Assembly: GCA_045106895.1 (NCBI GenBank)
Contig: JBGCFM010000253.1
Coordinates: 1-17,282 of the forward strand
Source: Polyangiales bacterium
GTDB taxonomy: Bacteria; Myxococcota_A; Polyangia; Polyangiales; Houyiibacteriaceae
DNA: 17,282 nt
Direction of reading: 5' to 3'
Under the pieces are notes generated by a model. The model saw only the letters and a program-made list of their open reading frames with translations, did not search any database and was not told where the DNA came from. Below, piece by piece: positions 14,125 through 17,282 of the stretch; within the stretch, counting starts at the first letter, position 1; the number at the start of each line of letters is the position of its first letter. Made by a program: the position numbers and the translations under genes.

Positions 14125-17100
14125 TCAGTCGCGGTTTTGCCACTCGGGATCGAAGCCCGAGCCAGCATCCATCACGGCCCGGACGGCAGCGAGCCCGTGG
14201 TGGTAGAAGATCGGATTGACCTCTCCCAGGGTTAGCGGCCCATCGCGAAACTCCGTGGCCACGTAGTCGCCCTTCGGAAAATCGCGAGGGCGGCACGCTG
14301 TCCCGAGACGATAGAACGTCAGGCTGAGCATTGTTCGTGCCTCCTCACCGTCCGCCGCCAGACCCCCATATTGGAAGCTCAGCTCCACGCCCTGGGAGAT
14401 TCGAGGAACCTCCCAATAGAAGCTCTCATAGATCATCTCCCGATCGAGGGCCCCCACTCGCCATCCACGGCGACGCAAGCTCTTGCGCATCGCCGACAGC
14501 CCGACGTTGTGCCCAAGACAGCCGGCCCATGCGCGGGCGGCGGGATCGCGGGGCGATTCTCGGGGTTCGAGTTGGCGGATGAGATTGCGGCGAATGGAGG
14601 TCGGAACCAGTCCGGAGGCGGTGGGAACTTCGTGGGCCAGCCGCACCTGCTCGGGCTCAACGGTGGCCCCCGAAAACGTTCGAAACCCGTCGTTGAATAG
14701 GAGAGCTTGGACGCCATCATGCCAGAGCAGTGAACGGGCGAGCTTCGATGTAAACGGCCACTCCGCCGGAACCCACCAAGCACCGCCAGCCCACGCGCCG
14801 AAGAGCCACGCGAAGTCGACCTTGGACGGCGCGCGGTCCGTGGCTTCAAGCTCGACGTGTTCGAGAAGAAGACTGCGCAGATCGTCGTTCCAGATTCGCG
14901 GCGCCAACTTCGTGAGCTCGTCCTTGGCGCCGAGGGAGGCTAGCCCAAGCAGCAAGCGTTTGGCCCAGGCGATTCGACGCTTGTACTTCATGTGCTCGCC
15001 TTTCATGTCGGCATCCAGGATGTCCGTGGCAAAACAGGCGGCGAGTCGCTGGTCACCGAAGGGGAGAACGAGCGACGGAATGACGTTGAGTTTCGGTTTC
15101 GTCTTGGCTCCCGAATAGAGCGTATATGCCAGCGTGCGCTGGTCCTCCGTGTTGAGCCGCGCGATCAACGCCGAGGCCTGACCGGGCTGACTCGTGGCGA
15201 TGAGATGGAGCAAATAGCGGCGCGTTCCCTCGTCGAGTAGATCGTCTCCTACCCAGCGGAGCGATGGAAGCTTACGTCCCTTGCGAAGTGGTGAGCGGTG
15301 TTTGCCCGAGTACGCCGCGGCTCGTGTTTCGAAGGCGGCGCGCGTCACGAAGCTGGCATCGAGCGCAGCCAACGCCTCGCCGAGTTCAACGCGCAGCTCG
15401 GGATAGTCGGCGTAGCCAGCCGTCAAGGCATCGAGGTTCGTCACGCTGCGACGCCGCGCGAACACCACGAGCGCGATCTCGTGCTGAGCTGAGCCCAAGC
15501 TCTCCTGGGCCCAGGTCAGCGCATCGGGGTTACTCGCGGTCCAATCGAACACCCAGTTTCGAACGGCGCGAGGCCCTTTCTGAGTGAGAATCCATTCGCG
15601 ATGGACCTCGGGGGCCGCGTGGGTGATGAGCTCCAGACCGCGCAGAAAAAGTGAGAGTCCCGTTCCGTACGCCCTACGGAGAACACGAGTGAGGACGTTC
15701 TGCGCCACCGCGGGGTGGTCGATGACGAGCTGCGTAAGAACTCTCCCAAGGCGCCGTCGGATCGGCGGCAAACGGTACTCTACTTCGTCGGAAAGCTCGT
15801 CTCCCGCGGGTTCGCCTACCTCGTCGTCGTAGGTTCCGAACGACTGCTCGGCGCGCTCAAGATCCTCGAGCATCAGTTCGATCTGACCGTCCAAAGAGAT
15901 AAAGCCTTGAAGCTGAACGACGTCGACGAGCGCCAATTGACGACGACCGAGTTCGACACGAATTGAGTTGAGGTCAAACGCGCAAGAGAGCCGAGTGGCC
16001 CGCCGGAAGAACTCGTCGCTCGGCAACATGCGCCAGTTACGAACGTCGCCAGGGTAGGAGTGGGTGGACATCTTCAACGAAGCGAGAAGTGCGTCTTCAT
16101 CTTCGACGGCCGCTCCGCTCAGCCACGCCACGATGGGCTGCGCCCGCTTCCCGGTGTGGTCCTCAAGCCACCGCGAAACGAGCTGTCGGTACCCTTCCAC
16201 GAGTGCGCCCGGCTCCATCTGTTGAATGAGCTCCTTGGCTTGCCAGTCCGGTGCATTCTCCAGGTAGGCATGAACGCGCTCGGTCCACGCCGGATCCACA
16301 GTCCGCGAGAGCGCGGCGAACTCCGGGCCGCCGTCTTCTTCTTCGAAAGCGGTCCAAGCGCGTTCGACGAAACTCGCGCGCGGACCGTATTCGTCGAGGT
16401 AGCTCCATACCCCTTCGATCCAGTGTTCGGAGGAAGAAGCGAGAACGCGGCGCACCAGCTCCCAGCCCTCAAACCCTGCCGCCTCGACGAAGCGAAGCGC
16501 CCGTCGAACCGCCTCCGCCACCTCGTCCAGCGGCTGCAAGTAGCTCTCGACGAAAGCGCGAAGCTCGCGCCCGTCGTCCTGCCCGAGGGCACTGAGGAGC
16601 CTGCACATCATGGGGTGCTCGTTCGGGATATTCGCCTCGAGCAACGCCTCAAACACCGGCGCATACGTCCATGCGTTCTTCGGCCATGTGGGGGCGTGGC
16701 CAAGGATGTAGTCGCGGGTCTTCTTCTCGATATTCGATGCGATGAGCCGCGCTTCGACCACCTGTGCATCATCGAAGACGACATACTTCAACTCAGTCGC
16801 GAACTCGTCTGCCAGGGCATCGAGTGCTTTGTCGTCGTGGTAGCGGCGGCGGTGACGGGCGACCATGCGCACCGCTTCTTCGCGCCGTTCCAGCAGGATC
16901 AGAAGTCGCGCATGCACGGCAATGAACGGACCGACTCGCGGGCTCAGCTCTTGCGCCCACTCCATCCAGCGAACAGCGTTGTGGAGGGATAGTGCGCCGG
17001 AGGCGTCAGACACCTCGCTGTACTCCAGCACGAAACGTGCGGCCTCGTAATATGGCGTGCCCGACAAAGACGAGAGCCCCGTGCGAACCCCGTGGGCGCG

Positions 17101-17282
17101 GTAAGAGGCCCAGACGTCGAACCATCGTGTCGCGAGTTGAAATCCACGACGCGCCGCGTCCGGATCACCGAGCTGAACGAAGCCGACACCAACGGCGACG
17201 CAATCCACCAATCTCTCTTCTACTTCGAGAGCACGCAGCATGGCTTCACCCAGCTCATCGGGAGTGTGTGCAGCTTCGATCA
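14125..17282 (-). CDS. Large helical-repeat protein with a degenerate C-terminal DUF4132 (YehI/MolR-like) region, 5'-truncated by the window edge
   Basis: The frame is open to the window end (IEAAHTPDELGEA precedes ATG 17241), so the protein is at least 1051 aa. It has a TPR-like N-terminal segment. The C-terminus has a DUF4132-like motif order: LPSLRW..., LPFGDQ, WWVPAEW, LARSLLW, VRLAH, IRQL, RRRGW, LTLGEVNPIFY, terminal GFDPEW. Confidence 0.65.
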   Translation of the reverse strand, partial: IEAAHTPDELGEAMLRALEVEERLVDCVAVGVGFVQLGDPDAARRGFQLATRWFDVWASYRAHGVRTGLSSLSGTPYYEAARFVLEYSEVSDASGALSLHNAVRWMEWAQELSPRVGPFIAVHARLLILLERREEAVRMVARHRRRYHDDKALDALADEFATELKYVVFDDAQVVEARLIASNIEKKTRDYILGHAPTWPKNAWTYAPVFEALLEANIPNEHPMMCRLLSALGQDDGRELRAFVESYLQPLDEVAEAVRRALRFVEAAGFEGWELVRRVLASSSEHWIEGVWSYLDEYGPRASFVERAWTAFEEEDGGPEFAALSRTVDPAWTERVHAYLENAPDWQAKELIQQMEPGALVEGYRQLVSRWLEDHTGKRAQPIVAWLSGAAVEDEDALLASLKMSTHSYPGDVRNWRMLPSDEFFRRATRLSCAFDLNSIRVELGRRQLALVDVVQLQGFISLDGQIELMLEDLERAEQSFGTYDDEVGEPAGDELSDEVEYRLPPIRRRLGRVLTQLVIDHPAVAQNVLTRVLRRAYGTGLSLFLRGLELITHAAPEVHREWILTQKGPRAVRNWVFDWTASNPDALTWAQESLGSAQHEIALVVFARRRSVTNLDALTAGYADYPELRVELGEALAALDASFVTRAAFETRAAAYSGKHRSPLRKGRKLPSLRWVGDDLLDEGTRRYLLHLIATSQPGQASALIARLNTEDQRTLAYTLYSGAKTKPKLNVIPSLVLPFGDQRLAACFATDILDADMKGEHMKYKRRIAWAKRLLLGLASLGAKDELTKLAPRIWNDDLRSLLLEHVELEATDRAPSKVDFAWLFGAWAGGAWWVPAEWPFTSKLARSLLWHDGVQALLFNDGFRTFSGATVEPEQVRLAHEVPTASGLVPTSIRRNLIRQLEPRESPRDPAARAWAGCLGHNVGLSAMRKSLRRRGWRVGALDREMIYESFYWEVPRISQGVELSFQYGGLAADGEEARTMLSLTFYRLGTACRPRDFPKGDYVATEFRDGPLTLGEVNPIFYHHGLAAVRAVMDAGSGFDPEWQNRD

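Noticed and set aside
13872..14296. Small ORFs in the uvrA upstream region (13872-14168, 13934-14296, 13976-14206, 13992-14219, 14038-14235)
   Set aside because: They overlap the promoter, SOS box or DUF4132-like gene end, and show no motifs or convincing RBS.
2113..17282. SWIM-SNF2 and the DUF4132-like gene as parts of one yeh-like system
   Set aside because: They are more than 8 kb apart on opposite strands with unrelated genes between them. The SWIM here is SNF2-fused rather than YehQ-like, and no AAA+ or VWA gene is present.

Overview
GC-rich bacterial chromosomal segment; gene content and a Myxococcus-like LexA box suggest Myxococcota (inference). There are nine supportable CDSs. In order: a 5'-truncated Asp-box beta-propeller protein (+), a TM-type/plant-TRZ1-like short tRNase Z (-), a divergently transcribed SWIM-SNF2 ATPase (+), and a Cys-rich lipoprotein (+). 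Then follows a minus-strand run, read right to left: a 5'-truncated degenerate DUF4132/YehI-MolR-like protein, uvrA with a candidate SOS box and unusual insertions, a small lipoprotein, an egtD-family methyltransferase without egtB in the window, and a large single-pass membrane protein with tandem pseudo-receiver + DUF4388-like modules and a C-terminal TPR. I see no rRNA, tRNA, CRISPR array, integrase or transposase. No complete novel system can be proven from sequence alone. The best leads are the phosphorylation-independent REC-DUF4388 x2/TM/TPR receptor, the possibly SOS-controlled uvrA-lipoprotein-egtD unit, the tRNase Z/SWIM-SNF2 divergon sharing a palindrome, and the internally deleted DUF4132 variant. 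All family assignments come from motif recognition, not database searches.
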